Positions 36,336-46,278 of a DNA stretch of 64,000 nt are shown here, piece by piece (position 1 is the stretch's first letter; the number at the start of each line of letters is the position of its first letter). Location of the stretch: assembly GCA_963720265.1 (NCBI GenBank), contig CAVRET010000001.1, positions 133,916-197,915 of the forward strand, given 5' to 3'. A program made the position numbers and the translations under genes. The notes below the pieces were generated by a model. That model was not told the origin of the DNA, did no database searches, and was given only the letters and a program-made list of their open reading frames with translations. The stretch is from an uncultured bacterium. Lineage in GTDB: Bacteria > Patescibacteriota > Saccharimonadia > UBA4664.

Positions 36336-39300
36336 ATGAAAAAAATCGCCATCGCCATGCTGGGGGTGTTCGCGTTGCTTGCTACGAGCAGTGGCACTGC
36401 CCACGCGATGACTGATGCCGGTCCAAACGGCACTCAAACGAACGGTATTTTCAAAGACAGCTTCACGGTCAATATCTCTCACGGCAATCAGGGTTGTGGT
36501 GGCGCGGGTACCTATTTTAAATACACCTACACCGCAACTACCGATGGTACCCACCAGTACCAGTTCTACGCCGATATAAATGACAATCCGTACGTCATGA
36601 TTGATCAGAGTAACGTTTACACGCCCCTTAATACGACCTGTGGGCAAAGCGTTAGTGGGCATTCGGGGCTGACGTTGATTGATCAGTTTTCAGCGACGAT
36701 TGACAATCAGCCGCCTAGTGCGAGCATCACCACGCCATCGGGGACCGTTAGTACAACGGCAGGCACGTACGAGGTGAGTGGTGTTGCCGGCGATCCGGAA
36801 AATAATCTGAAATCCGTAACAGCTATAGTCAACGGGGCGACGGGCCCTACTGCGACACTGAGCGGAAATACGTTCAAGGTCACCATATCGCTTAAGCCTG
36901 GTGCAAATACCGTCCAGATGCTTGCTACTGATATCGTGGGGCACACAGGCACATCAAATGCCGTCACGATTAATGACACGAGTGGCTCGGGTGGAGGTAG
37001 TGGCGTCTCGGGCGGGAGTGGAAGCGGCTCCAGCACTGGGCAATCTGGCGGCTCAGTCTCGCCTTCTAATTCCACGTCGAGCACTAGTTCCGGCACGTCT
37101 ACGGGCAGTTCGAAATCTTCAGGATCGGGTAGCCCCTCCAATTCGTCTACCTCGCCCCCTCCGATTGTAAATTTTGGTCAGGAACAGATCCTCAACCTAA
37201 CCGATCCGTATGCGGGCGATAGTTCTTCCGCAACAGCAAACGCGCAGGACACGGTACTCGTAGCGGGCGCCACTGGAAGAGCCTACAGCTTACTCGTAAC
37301 TACGATTTTCATTCTGGCGGGTCTGTGCACTTTTGTAATATTTCGGTTTAAGCCAATTTTTGCAGAGCTGGATAAAGACAGATCTGGGCTACGAAGACGC
37401 ATTATTATTATCGTGACATTGCCATCTCTACTGCCATTGCTGGGGTTGGGCTTTCTGGGGTACGAGCAGCTAAGCTTGAGTGTCAAGAATTCACTCAGCA
37501 GCGAGCTCGAAAAAGCTGCTCAGACCTCTGCACTCAAGCTTAGCCGTGAGTTTAGTATTAGGGATTTGGTTATTACCAAAACGGCGAGTGATATCTTGCA
37601 AATCAAGAGCCAGTATCAGGCCCAGCAGCAGCAATTGGCTCAGCAGCAAAGTAGCTGCCAGCAGGTTGTTCAGGCAGATATACCCAAAAAGCAATTTAGC
37701 GGTGTAACCGGCAACAGCAACTGCTTGCCCTTCTTGACTGGTTTCGCACAACTCGCAAGTTCGTCTTCGGCGACAGTGAACGACTACCGGAATGCTTTAA
37801 CCCAGGGAGCCACGCAGGCCAGCAAAACCTTGAGCGATCAGGAGAACCAGCGCGTCAACGAGCTCTTGGGTTCGGTTCGTGACTACTTCCCCGACGTGCT
37901 CGAATTAGATATTGTCGGCACGAGCGATCCAACAACTCCGGAAGCGGTTCTGCCGCGCACTGATTCGAGCCAGTCCACAACCTTGCAAGCGCATAAGAAC
38001 CTGTTCTCCCTCGCGCCAAACGGCAACCTGGCACTACTTGATGCGAGTGGAAACGATGAGCAGCTGTATGTGACATATCCGGTGGTTTTGGGGGGGAAAA
38101 AATTGGGCGGCGCAGTGGCCGCGCTGGATATGCAAAACCAGGATTTTGTTCCAGCAATTTGGAGTTCGACGCCAAAACCGTATGCGGCGGATCAGACGTA
38201 TTTTATTACGGACAGCGGGCAACTGATTATACCGACACCGAGTGATAGCCTGCATACTGCTCAGATCGCTGCGCTAGCCAAAAACTCATCCGGGGATGTC
38301 TATAGCTTGAAATTAGCCAGTCAGACCCTCGCAACCAGGACATCGCCCGTAAGCGATACCAACTGGGTGGTGGCTGTTGGTGCACCGGCCAGTTCCGTGC
38401 TGGCGCCGCTGGCCGGCATTCAGCGAACAGCGCTTCTTGCAATCGCCGGCTTTATCCTGCTCTCATTGTTGCTCGGCCTGTGGTTTGTTAGTGGTATTGC
38501 TGGCGAAATAGAGGCCTTGCTCCAGGGTGCTTTAACGTTTGCCAAAGGGAATCTCGACTTTAAGATTAAGCTGGGTCATCGGGATGAATTGCGTGTTTTG
38601 GGCGATACGATGAACCAGATGGCAGTGGATATTAAATCGGCTCAGGCCGCGCTCGTGGAAAAAGACAAAGAGTTTATAAATGTAGCTACCCATGAGCTGA
38701 GATCTCCCATGACGTCAATCATCGGTAACCTAAGTATGGTTATTGAAGATGGCATGGGACAGGTTGATGATGATGCCCGCAAGATGATCGAGCAGGCCTA
38801 TATGGGCACAAAGCGATTGCGCGATCTCGTAAACGACATGCTTGATGTGGCCAGGTTAGAAGCCGGGCATACCGAGTTTAAACCTGAGCCGGTGGATATT
38901 TCGGCGATCGGAAAGGCGGTGGTAGAGATGAACGCCGTCCCGGCCGAGCAAGCGGGCGTGACACTGGTTTATGCACCTGCGACGATTCCGAATGTTTTGG
39001 CTGATAAAAATCGGGTCCAAATTGTCTTGACCAATTTCGTGAGCAATGCCATTAAATACAACAAAAAGGGTGGATCGGTAACGGTTTCTCATGCAATCGT
39101 AGGCGATTCATTGGTCACATCGGTGGCTGATACTGGATTGGGCATACCGGAAGACCAACAGCCACATATATTTGAGAAGTTTTTCCGCGTTCAACACGCT
39201 GATCGGAGTAACGTCCCGGGAACCGGTCTTGGTATGTACATCACAAAGCAGTGCGTGGAGGCAATGGGCGGCAAGGTTTCGTTTACTTCAGTTCATGGTC

Positions 39301-39392
39301 AGGGTACGACGTTTAAGTTTAGTCTGCCGTTGCAACCGGCGGACAGTACGCCGGTTACTTCTATCGCATCTCGACCGCCGGGAGCCGGCTAA
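36336..39392 (+). CDS. Large sensor histidine kinase with N-terminal secreted Ig-like region, Cache-like domain and HAMP
   Basis: Signal peptide, Ig-like (PP.A.IT.P ... L.PG.N.V...ATD..G), Ser/Gly linker, 3 TMs, HAMP, ATHELRSP, GTGLG. Confidence 0.88.
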   Translation: MKKIAIAMLGVFALLATSSGTAHAMTDAGPNGTQTNGIFKDSFTVNISHGNQGCGGAGTYFKYTYTATTDGTHQYQFYADINDNPYVMIDQSNVYTPLNTTCGQSVSGHSGLTLIDQFSATIDNQPPSASITTPSGTVSTTAGTYEVSGVAGDPENNLKSVTAIVNGATGPTATLSGNTFKVTISLKPGANTVQMLATDIVGHTGTSNAVTINDTSGSGGGSGVSGGSGSGSSTGQSGGSVSPSNSTSSTSSGTSTGSSKSSGSGSPSNSSTSPPPIVNFGQEQILNLTDPYAGDSSSATANAQDTVLVAGATGRAYSLLVTTIFILAGLCTFVIFRFKPIFAELDKDRSGLRRRIIIIVTLPSLLPLLGLGFLGYEQLSLSVKNSLSSELEKAAQTSALKLSREFSIRDLVITKTASDILQIKSQYQAQQQQLAQQQSSCQQVVQADIPKKQFSGVTGNSNCLPFLTGFAQLASSSSATVNDYRNALTQGATQASKTLSDQENQRVNELLGSVRDYFPDVLELDIVGTSDPTTPEAVLPRTDSSQSTTLQAHKNLFSLAPNGNLALLDASGNDEQLYVTYPVVLGGKKLGGAVAALDMQNQDFVPAIWSSTPKPYAADQTYFITDSGQLIIPTPSDSLHTAQIAALAKNSSGDVYSLKLASQTLATRTSPVSDTNWVVAVGAPASSVLAPLAGIQRTALLAIAGFILLSLLLGLWFVSGIAGEIEALLQGALTFAKGNLDFKIKLGHRDELRVLGDTMNQMAVDIKSAQAALVEKDKEFINVATHELRSPMTSIIGNLSMVIEDGMGQVDDDARKMIEQAYMGTKRLRDLVNDMLDVARLEAGHTEFKPEPVDISAIGKAVVEMNAVPAEQAGVTLVYAPATIPNVLADKNRVQIVLTNFVSNAIKYNKKGGSVTVSHAIVGDSLVTSVADTGLGIPEDQQPHIFEKFFRVQHADRSNVPGTGLGMYITKQCVEAMGGKVSFTSVHGQGTTFKFSLPLQPADSTPVTSIASRPPGAG

Positions 39393-39589
39393 CGTCTGCG
39401 CGCCCGAGAGTACAGCAGCATGAATGCCCAAAAAACCGCAAGCGTATATAGATGATAGTCGATCTGGTGGGCGACCCTCCAAGTTATTCATTGGTGTGTA
39501 CACCAGTTCTCGTGACTATACCCGTTACGCAACCATGCCCCACCCTGTATCGTTGTGCCAAGTGCACTAAATAAGGTACGGGAGGTGTC

Positions 39590-40063
39590 ATGTTGGGACC
39601 AATAGATTACATAGTAGTTGGCTTTAGGGGCAATCGCTTCGACGGGAGTATTCTGGATGAATTGTCGGACGCGGTAGAAAGCGGAGTTATACGTGTTATA
39701 GATCTGCTGTTTATCGTGAAGAACGAGGACGGCAGTGTGGTTGGCGGTGAGGTAAAGGACCAGCCCGAAGAGCTCAAAGCGCTGATGCGAGAGATCGTCC
39801 ACGAAGATAGTCTGCCGATGCTGAGCGAAGAAGACATGGGGAAAATCGCGGACAAGATGGAGAATGATACAGCGGCCGGAGTGCTGGTAGTCGAGCACTT
39901 ATGGGCCAAGGGGCTAAAGAAGGCCATCCTGGATGCAGGAGGATTTCTCATTGACGATGGCCGTATCCACCCTGAAATCGTAGCCGCTGTAATGCAAGAA
40001 ATCGAAATGGAAGAGCGCGATATGAAGAAGCAGAAGCAAATGCAAGAGACTAAAAAAGCATAA
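39590..40063 (+). CDS. DUF6325/DUF1269-like protein
   Basis: SD GGAGG; MLGPIDY.VV.F.G..F.G.I..EL..LV..G.IRVIDL, EH.WA, GRI.P. Confidence 0.75.
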   Translation: MLGPIDYIVVGFRGNRFDGSILDELSDAVESGVIRVIDLLFIVKNEDGSVVGGEVKDQPEELKALMREIVHEDSLPMLSEEDMGKIADKMENDTAAGVLVVEHLWAKGLKKAILDAGGFLIDDGRIHPEIVAAVMQEIEMEERDMKKQKQMQETKKA

Positions 40064-40073
40064 GGAGGATATT

Positions 40074-40160
40074 ATGCCATTGGGTAGGCCACTCACACCA
40101 GTTTCAGCTGCCGGAGTCCACCGGCGGCGCCGCCGCCGCGGCCGCCGCGGACTGCTCTAA
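40074..40160 (+). CDS. 28-aa Arg-rich small protein
   Basis: SD TAAGGAGG then ATG: MPLGRPLTPVSAAGVHRRRRRRGRRGLL*; terminator immediately after. Confidence 0.7.
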   Translation: MPLGRPLTPVSAAGVHRRRRRRGRRGLL

Positions 40161-40164
40161 CACT

Positions 40165-40197
40165 ATTAAGTAGCCGCGCATTGCGCGGCTACTTAAT
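40165..40197. terminator. Bidirectional terminator-like palindrome
   Basis: ATTAAGTAGCCGCGCA-T-TGCGCGGCTACTTAAT. Confidence 0.75.
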
Positions 40198-40274
40198 TAG
40201 AATTGGGTCAATTCCGATGGCAAAACCTTTTTGATCTCAAGGTTCGCAATCCGTCTGCTAAAGGGTACCAGTAC

Positions 40275-40880
40275 TTATTCAAATGTGCCGGTCTTAACCT
40301 CGCCGAACCTTTTGTAATTGGCGAAGATGACGCCCTTCCGCGTGGTTTTGGATTCAATAAGCTCGAAGGCTGCCGGCATGGTCCCTTCGGCGAATAAGCG
40401 CTTGCCTTTGGCGAGTGTGACAGGAAATAGCTTTAGCCACAGTTCGTCAATGAGGTCGTTCTTCAGCAACGTCTGGATTAGCTTGCCGCTGCCGTGCACT
40501 TGCAGCATTGGACCATCTAGCGTTTTAAGCTCTTTTAATTTCGCAGCTATGTCGCCCTCGATGAGCACGGATTTTTCCCAGGTCAATTTTGGCGATGAGC
40601 TGGAAACGACATATTTTGTAGCTTTATTGAAAGGATTACCGACGCTCGGTGGACCTTGCGTCGGCCAGTATGCCGCGAATATGTCGTAGGTTTTTCTGCC
40701 CAGCAGCAAATCAAACGGCACACTCATCTGTTCGAGCATGAGCTGGCCTGAAAATTCATCAGAGTAAGGTGCGGTCCAACCGCCATACTGAAATCCGCCT
40801 GAGGTATCTTCTTCCGGCCCGCCCGGAGCCTGCATGATGCCGTCAAGACTGATGAAACTTAATACGACTATTTTTCTCAT
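40275..40880 (-). CDS. Dihydrofolate reductase-like (RibD C-terminal) protein
   Basis: SLDG.MQAPG, LLLGRKTY, KYV.S, GS..L...L...LIDE, PV.L..GKRLF. Confidence 0.9.
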   Translation of the reverse strand: MRKIVVLSFISLDGIMQAPGGPEEDTSGGFQYGGWTAPYSDEFSGQLMLEQMSVPFDLLLGRKTYDIFAAYWPTQGPPSVGNPFNKATKYVVSSSSPKLTWEKSVLIEGDIAAKLKELKTLDGPMLQVHGSGKLIQTLLKNDLIDELWLKLFPVTLAKGKRLFAEGTMPAAFELIESKTTRKGVIFANYKRFGEVKTGTFE

Positions 40881-40905
40881 TGGATCGTCCTTTCTCGCTT
40901 AAATC

Positions 40906-41277
40906 TTAGAGATGACCAACGGAGCGGTTGAGCGCTCCGGGGTTGGGGTGCGGCGCGAGGTGCAGGCTCACCACTTCGTGCGCCGCGGCTTCAGGGCCGT
41001 GCACGCCCAGAAAGCTATGCTCCATCTCGATTTTATCCCGAACATTAAGATGAGAGTGCTCGATGCTGTTGATAGCGTCGTGGATGGTCGGATGATTCAT
41101 TTTGCCAACCACCTTGAAGCGCTCGCGGTCCATGATCGTATTGTGACCGCTAAATTCCACCAAGTCACCCACCTGGATATTTTGATGGGCGGCGTCGTTG
41201 AGGCGTAGAGCCATGGGGTCTTTATGGCCCAGCAGCTGGTCGTATGCACGGTGCTCGAGGATGTGCGGTTCATTCAT
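40906..41277 (-). CDS. ASCH/PUA-like protein, His-rich
   Basis: G.K....RLND.....I.VGD.V.F pattern of ASCH domains. Confidence 0.55.
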   Translation of the reverse strand: MNEPHILEHRAYDQLLGHKDPMALRLNDAAHQNIQVGDLVEFSGHNTIMDRERFKVVGKMNHPTIHDAINSIEHSHLNVRDKIEMEHSFLGVHGPEAAAHEVVSLHLAPHPNPGALNRSVGHL

Positions 41278-41400
41278 GAATTGATAATACCCTGCCTTAT
41301 GCGATTGGTGTAACCGTTCTTCATTTCAATATATACAGGCGGCCTGCCGGGCCGGCTGATGGCCCGGCCCGGCAGGTTCAACGACATGCGGGTTCAGTGC

Positions 41401-41763
41401 TTAGCCTCCGGGTAGGCGGACTCGCACCAGCCAGCCCGCTTGGCTGTAGTGGTGCTCGAAGCGAGTACCGCGTACCGCGCCCAGGAGGGCTGCGACCTGG
41501 TCCATGGCGTGCCCGCTATGCTCGATTTCGTCCAGACATCGCTCGATCGGCTTAGTGGAAGGCGCGTGCCAGCTATAGATGATAGTCATCCAAACGCCCG
41601 GCTCCTTGATCGCCAGTTGGTAGAGCCTCAGTGTGGCATTAAGACTCCAAACGCCCACCCCCCACTTCTTGCAATAACTTTCGAGAACGCATCGGGCAGT
41701 TGCCATGTCAGTGCCGGCAAGTTCAGCCTCAAGTACCGATTGCCTTGCGGCGACCGTGACCAT
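41401..41763 (-). CDS. Hypothetical protein (ORFan)
   Basis: SD GGGAG; TTGACA at 41859-41854; downstream 13-bp hairpin 41343-41376. Confidence 0.5.
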   Translation of the reverse strand: MVTVAARQSVLEAELAGTDMATARCVLESYCKKWGVGVWSLNATLRLYQLAIKEPGVWMTIIYSWHAPSTKPIERCLDEIEHSGHAMDQVAALLGAVRGTRFEHHYSQAGWLVRVRLPGG

Positions 41764-41869
41764 TGTGTCTCCCGTTCTCGTCGAGTGGGATCGTCGTTGT
41801 CATTCGGCTGCTTGGCCGGATGTGATGGTGATTATTAAATTTATTCCTGAGTTTGTCAATGCCTGAGAA

Positions 41870-43034
41870 CTGAACCACCCCACACTTCACACTCCACTCC
41901 AGACGATTTGTCCCGAGGCTTGCTGCAATTGCTCGTATGCCTGGCGCAGCCAGGACGTTTGCTTCTTGGGGTTGGCGCTTGTCACGGTTTGTTTAGTGGG
42001 CTTCGTTTCCAGATAAAGTAGTGCAATGCCAAGGCTGACCAGCCACAAGATGAGCTTTAGGTTATGCGGCTTGGTTAACCTGGTGCGTTTGTACTCAAAG
42101 ATGTGTTTAATGTCCCGAAAGGTCTCTTCAATCTCGAATCGGTGGTAGTAGATCCGAATAATCTTGGCCCGGCTACTTTTGAAATCATTGGTCAGGATGT
42201 ACCACGGTTCCTTGGCACGCCGGCTCTTGGGTGAGCGAACGACCCTGAGAGTCAACCCGTATATATGGACCGTGGTATCCCGGTCTACTAAGGAACTAAC
42301 CTCGGTCACCTCGCCGTCACATTCAACATATCGCCCTGCCTTGAGGCGGACATAGAAGGTAGCGTTTGCTGCTGCTAGATGCGTCACAATGGACCGGTTG
42401 CCAAAACCGCGGTCAAAGACCAGTCGGGGCCAGAAGCCGAGCCGGTCAGCCATGGCTTGGAGGCTAGTGACGGTATGCTCGGTAAAAGACTGCTGCCGGC
42501 GGGCCGCTTGCATGGCAGCTCTGAGTTTCTTCCAGTGCGGAGCGGCATTCTCGTGGGCAGGAATATGGTGAGCGTAAGTGGTCTCAACCATACAAGGGAG
42601 GGATCTGCCCTTCCGGGTTTGTACGGCACCTACCAAGGCTGTGAGCCCATGCATGTCCGAGTGATCTACATTTACATAGCTGCGTGGTTTGACGAGCGCC
42701 AGCTGGTCAAAAACCTCTCCGAGCTGGTCGGTAAAGGCGGTGTTTTGGAACATGCGCTCTGCCTTACGCAGACCGGTGTGGGGGTTGGCAACCACCATGC
42801 GGGCATTGCCGCTGGCGCTCTGGAAAGCTCTAAGTCCGTATGCCTGCAGGCCAAACGACAGCTGCGTCCGCCAACGGCTCGGCACACTGGGCATTAATTG
42901 CTTTTGTATACGAGTACGGATACCCCGTACAATATTGGGTGACGACATATTTGTTTTCCTGTTTGTTTTGAAGTGGACAGAAAACAGTGTGTCGTCTTTT
43001 TAGTTGCAGCTCAAGGAAGTGTGGGGTGGTTCAG
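41870..43034 (-). mobile_element. IS4-like insertion sequence
   Basis: Perfect 19-bp TIR CTGAACCACCCCACACTTC (41870-41888 / 43016-43034); 9-bp TSD GCCTGAGAA (41861-41869 / 43035-43043). Confidence 0.93.
41887..42948 (-). CDS. DDE transposase (IS4 family)
   Basis: VDHS, FDRGF, YVRLK, W.ILTN, Y..RF.IE..FRD.K (YREK). Confidence 0.92.
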   Translation of the reverse strand: MSSPNIVRGIRTRIQKQLMPSVPSRWRTQLSFGLQAYGLRAFQSASGNARMVVANPHTGLRKAERMFQNTAFTDQLGEVFDQLALVKPRSYVNVDHSDMHGLTALVGAVQTRKGRSLPCMVETTYAHHIPAHENAAPHWKKLRAAMQAARRQQSFTEHTVTSLQAMADRLGFWPRLVFDRGFGNRSIVTHLAAANATFYVRLKAGRYVECDGEVTEVSSLVDRDTTVHIYGLTLRVVRSPKSRRAKEPWYILTNDFKSSRAKIIRIYYHRFEIEETFRDIKHIFEYKRTRLTKPHNLKLILWLVSLGIALLYLETKPTKQTVTSANPKKQTSWLRQAYEQLQQASGQIVWSGV

Positions 43035-43083
43035 GCCTGAGAACAAAGCGCACCTGGCTGCCAATTGTTGCTACTATGGGATC

Positions 43084-43902
43084 ATGACGGAAGACGAAAG
43101 ACCTCCTACCTCGTGGCATGCAAACCATCTCAATAATGCGGCGCGCCTGTTCGGGCTCGCTATTCTTGTGGTCGTGGCTTTTGAGGTGTACCGCTATTTG
43201 TTGCGCGATCTTGTGTCTGGATGGACCGTGTTTTGGGCATATCTGGCGCTGTGGTTGTTCAGCGCCTATATTGTTTTGCCCAGGCTGTACCGGATCTTGT
43301 CGAAGATTTTTTTGCCGAATTATTTTATTGGCCGTACGCAGACTGGCGACGGACTGCTTGGCGACCCGGTGAACTTGGCGATTATCGGAACCCGGCGCGA
43401 GCTAGAGCATGTCATGACCACGGCTGGCTGGCATAAGGCGGCGCCACTCGGTTTTGGCTCTTCTGTGCGGATTGCCGTTTGCACCGTGGGTGGTAAGTCA
43501 TATCCGGATGCTCCGGTCAGCCCACTGTATTTGTTTCATCAGAAGCAGGATTTGGCGTTTGAGAAAGATGTTGACGAAAATCCTAGAAAGCGTCACCATG
43601 TGCGTTTTTGGAAGACGCCGGAGAACTGGTGGCTGCCGGGTGGTTTTAGGGCCGATTGGCTGGGCGCTGCGACATACGACAAGAACGTTGGTTTGTCGCT
43701 CTTTACCGGCCAGATTACACATAAGATTGATGCTAATGTGGACGGCGAGCGTGATTTCGTGGTCAGGGATGTAAAGGCTGCTGATAAGCGAGTTGATGTG
43801 CGGATGGTTGAGCACTTTACCACGAGTTACCATTCGCGCAACGGTGGCGGCGATCTTATTCACACTGACGGCGCACTAACATTTGTGACACTTCCGAACT
43901 AG
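43084..43902 (+). CDS. LssY C-terminal-like membrane protein
   Basis: GRT.T.DGL.GDPVN, YP.APVS.L.LF...QD.AF, RHHVRFW, QITHKID..VD.ERD; start moved to ATG 43084. Confidence 0.8.
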   Translation: MTEDERPPTSWHANHLNNAARLFGLAILVVVAFEVYRYLLRDLVSGWTVFWAYLALWLFSAYIVLPRLYRILSKIFLPNYFIGRTQTGDGLLGDPVNLAIIGTRRELEHVMTTAGWHKAAPLGFGSSVRIAVCTVGGKSYPDAPVSPLYLFHQKQDLAFEKDVDENPRKRHHVRFWKTPENWWLPGGFRADWLGAATYDKNVGLSLFTGQITHKIDANVDGERDFVVRDVKAADKRVDVRMVEHFTTSYHSRNGGGDLIHTDGALTFVTLPN

Positions 43903-43910
43903 ACCTATCG

Positions 43911-45548
43911 CTAGCCTGAGGGCGCGATGGCGGCGCCGAGGTCGTGGCTGTAGATAAGAATTGTTTCTGAGCCTTCTTGCACCCTGCGCGCCGGCTGCCC
44001 AAATTCGGCAATATCTTGCTTTGCTGTACAGGCCATGTCGTCGGCAGAAGTACTGCCGGCCAGAATGAAACTTTGGGCGGCCGGCCGGCCATACAGACTC
44101 GAATCGACTAGTGTTAAGTAGCGCTTGGTACGTCCGTTCACGCAATTTATAGGAAGAAAGTGGATCCGCCCACCAGACAGATAAGTGTTGATATTACCGT
44201 TCCAGTAGCCCGCGTAACCCTTGGTGAGACCAAACTGTTCGAGGGTGGCGACGAGGCTATAGTTGAGGGCGTTGCCTGGATTGCCCTGAGTAATGCGGCG
44301 CTCAGGGTGACTCGCGACATGCAGACTGGCGATCAGGTTGAGACCGATGGCAGCTACAAGTAGCAGACGCATAAAGTGGCGGCCGGCATTACTATGGAGT
44401 TCGGCCGTAAATGCTGTAAGAAGCAAAATTCCGGCGTACACCGCGATTACAAAATAGCGATAGGCTGTGATGTCATTTGGTATGTCACTCAAGAGCCAGG
44501 CGACTAGCACGAATGCATTCAAGGCGGCGAAAAACAGCATGACAAGCGTTTCGGGGCGTTTCCAGGCGCCGGCCGGTAACCGCGGCGCGCGTCGCAGTAG
44601 CCCGGCGGTCATGTATATGATGAAGCCCAGCAGGGCGAGGTTGGCGAGCGCGGCGAGTGCTGATACGCTATTCGGTCTCAGGCCGAAGAAGTTGGCGCCG
44701 AATATAATTAACAGCCCCTGGAGCGCCAGCGAAAGGTGGACAAAGAAGGCATTGAACGTGACAAAGTTATCCGGAGTACCGGCGTGCATTAGCAAATGCA
44801 AGGACCTGGCGATGAGTTTTGTTGCGAGAGCAGCAATACCCGCGACGAGGGCAAGCCCAACAACGGTCAACAGCGCCTCGGCTTTGATCCGCTTGTAGAC
44901 GTAGAGCAGTCCAAACGCGGCGATAATTGGCGCCACCACAAAGTAGAAGAAATACGTATCGCTGTAGATGAGGACGCCCGCCAAGCAACACATGCCGAGG
45001 GTTGCGAGTTTCGCGCGGAGTGAACCCAGTGGCCGTGTCTCGCCCAGATAAAACTTGGTGGCAAGCATAAAGTAGATAAACGACAGCCCGATCTCGAAAT
45101 CGCGCCAGCAGGTATTGAGGAACAAACTGGTGAAGCCGTAGCCAAAGCTGGCCAGCCATAGTATTGGCAGGAGGTTGGCGACTGACCGCTCAATCTTAAA
45201 CAGCTTGAGAAAGTACAGTATGGCAATGTAAAACATGATGAAATTAGCGACCGCAAAGACGGCTGCTTCGATCCAGATCAGCGTCCGGGTGGGCGCGAAT
45301 AGCTGCCCAATGATCCAAATGAGGGGCGCGTTGATAATAAAGTTATCGTTGCCGCCCATGTACACTACATGTCCGTTCAGGGGCGTCCAGCTCATAAAGG
45401 TGGTTTGCCACGATACGTCGTCGCTGCTGTACGGCGCCGCGCCTTGGATGATATATAGGTTGATAAGCTTGAGAACCAAGGCCAGCACCAACACAATGAC
45501 CGTTGGCCGGCGCAATAATGCTCGTCCTCGTGCTAGCGATGTCTGCAT
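43911..45548 (-). CDS. Multi-TM GT-C-like membrane glycosyltransferase (putative)
   Basis: SSDD after first TM, ~11 TMs, RYF, GYAGYW periplasmic C-terminus; start at MQTSLARG. Confidence 0.6.
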   Translation of the reverse strand: MQTSLARGRALLRRPTVIVLVLALVLKLINLYIIQGAAPYSSDDVSWQTTFMSWTPLNGHVVYMGGNDNFIINAPLIWIIGQLFAPTRTLIWIEAAVFAVANFIMFYIAILYFLKLFKIERSVANLLPILWLASFGYGFTSLFLNTCWRDFEIGLSFIYFMLATKFYLGETRPLGSLRAKLATLGMCCLAGVLIYSDTYFFYFVVAPIIAAFGLLYVYKRIKAEALLTVVGLALVAGIAALATKLIARSLHLLMHAGTPDNFVTFNAFFVHLSLALQGLLIIFGANFFGLRPNSVSALAALANLALLGFIIYMTAGLLRRAPRLPAGAWKRPETLVMLFFAALNAFVLVAWLLSDIPNDITAYRYFVIAVYAGILLLTAFTAELHSNAGRHFMRLLLVAAIGLNLIASLHVASHPERRITQGNPGNALNYSLVATLEQFGLTKGYAGYWNGNINTYLSGGRIHFLPINCVNGRTKRYLTLVDSSLYGRPAAQSFILAGSTSADDMACTAKQDIAEFGQPARRVQEGSETILIYSHDLGAAIAPSG

Positions 45549-45621
45549 AGCGCTTATCCTCGGCTCGGATTGTAGCATTAACATTCTTTCCTGAACAACT
45601 GATAGTGGGTATGCCTGTGCT

Positions 45622-46278
45622 ATGCTGCAGCTAAGGAGAAATCTGACCTTGGACGGGCTGAACGCTGCAACGTTGATCGACATATTCCTGCTATTGCTTA
45701 TTGGGGTTGGGCCGAAGATCGCACTGGTCCCATATTTGGAAGTAACAGGGTCGATGAGCGCCGGCGAGAAGGCGCAAGTGGCGCGGAAGATGCTTAGGAC
45801 CGCGGCCACGGTGGCAGTGACGCTATTAGTGTTTGGTGGTATTCTGACCAGATTGTTGCATTTTTCGCACGCGGCCCTGTCGATTGCCGGTGGCATTATT
45901 TTGCTCATCATTGCAGTGTCGATGGTGCTGTCGCCGCCCGGCGGCAACGATCGCAATAAGCTAGGGGATAAAGACCCCATGACCCTAGCTGTATTTCCGT
46001 TGGCCGTGCCCTACTTGCTTAACCCGGCGGGCGTCGTGGCGCTAGTGGTGTTGTCGGCTGAGGCAAGCAGTGTGGTTATGTTTGCAGCCGTGGTGGCATT
46101 GCTTCTGGCGGTACTTGCGCTTGATGTTGTGGTTTTTCGGGTGGCGAACCGCGTTGGCAAGCACCTGGATGAGAGCCGCATGCTGGTAACTGAAAAAGTG
46201 TTTGGTTTTTTGCTGGCAGCATTGGCAGTGCAGCTTGTCATCGACGGCATCGTCCAGGTCGGCGACTTGATTCACTAA
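45622..46278 (+). CDS. MarC family membrane protein
   Basis: IAGGIILL.IA..M, VFPLAVP.L..P, ...GFLLAALAVQ.V..G. Confidence 0.88.
   Translation: MLQLRRNLTLDGLNAATLIDIFLLLLIGVGPKIALVPYLEVTGSMSAGEKAQVARKMLRTAATVAVTLLVFGGILTRLLHFSHAALSIAGGIILLIIAVSMVLSPPGGNDRNKLGDKDPMTLAVFPLAVPYLLNPAGVVALVVLSAEASSVVMFAAVVALLLAVLALDVVVFRVANRVGKHLDESRMLVTEKVFGFLLAALAVQLVIDGIVQVGDLIH

Noticed and set aside
36975-37160. Low-complexity repeat-like DNA
   Set aside because: Encodes the Ser/Gly linker of the kinase; no regular repeat unit
42973-45980. Long N-terminal extensions given in the ORF track (42973, 45980; likewise 4460, 17156, 27346, 61168)
   Set aside because: They overlap an IS end, neighbouring genes or hairpins; better starts lie downstream
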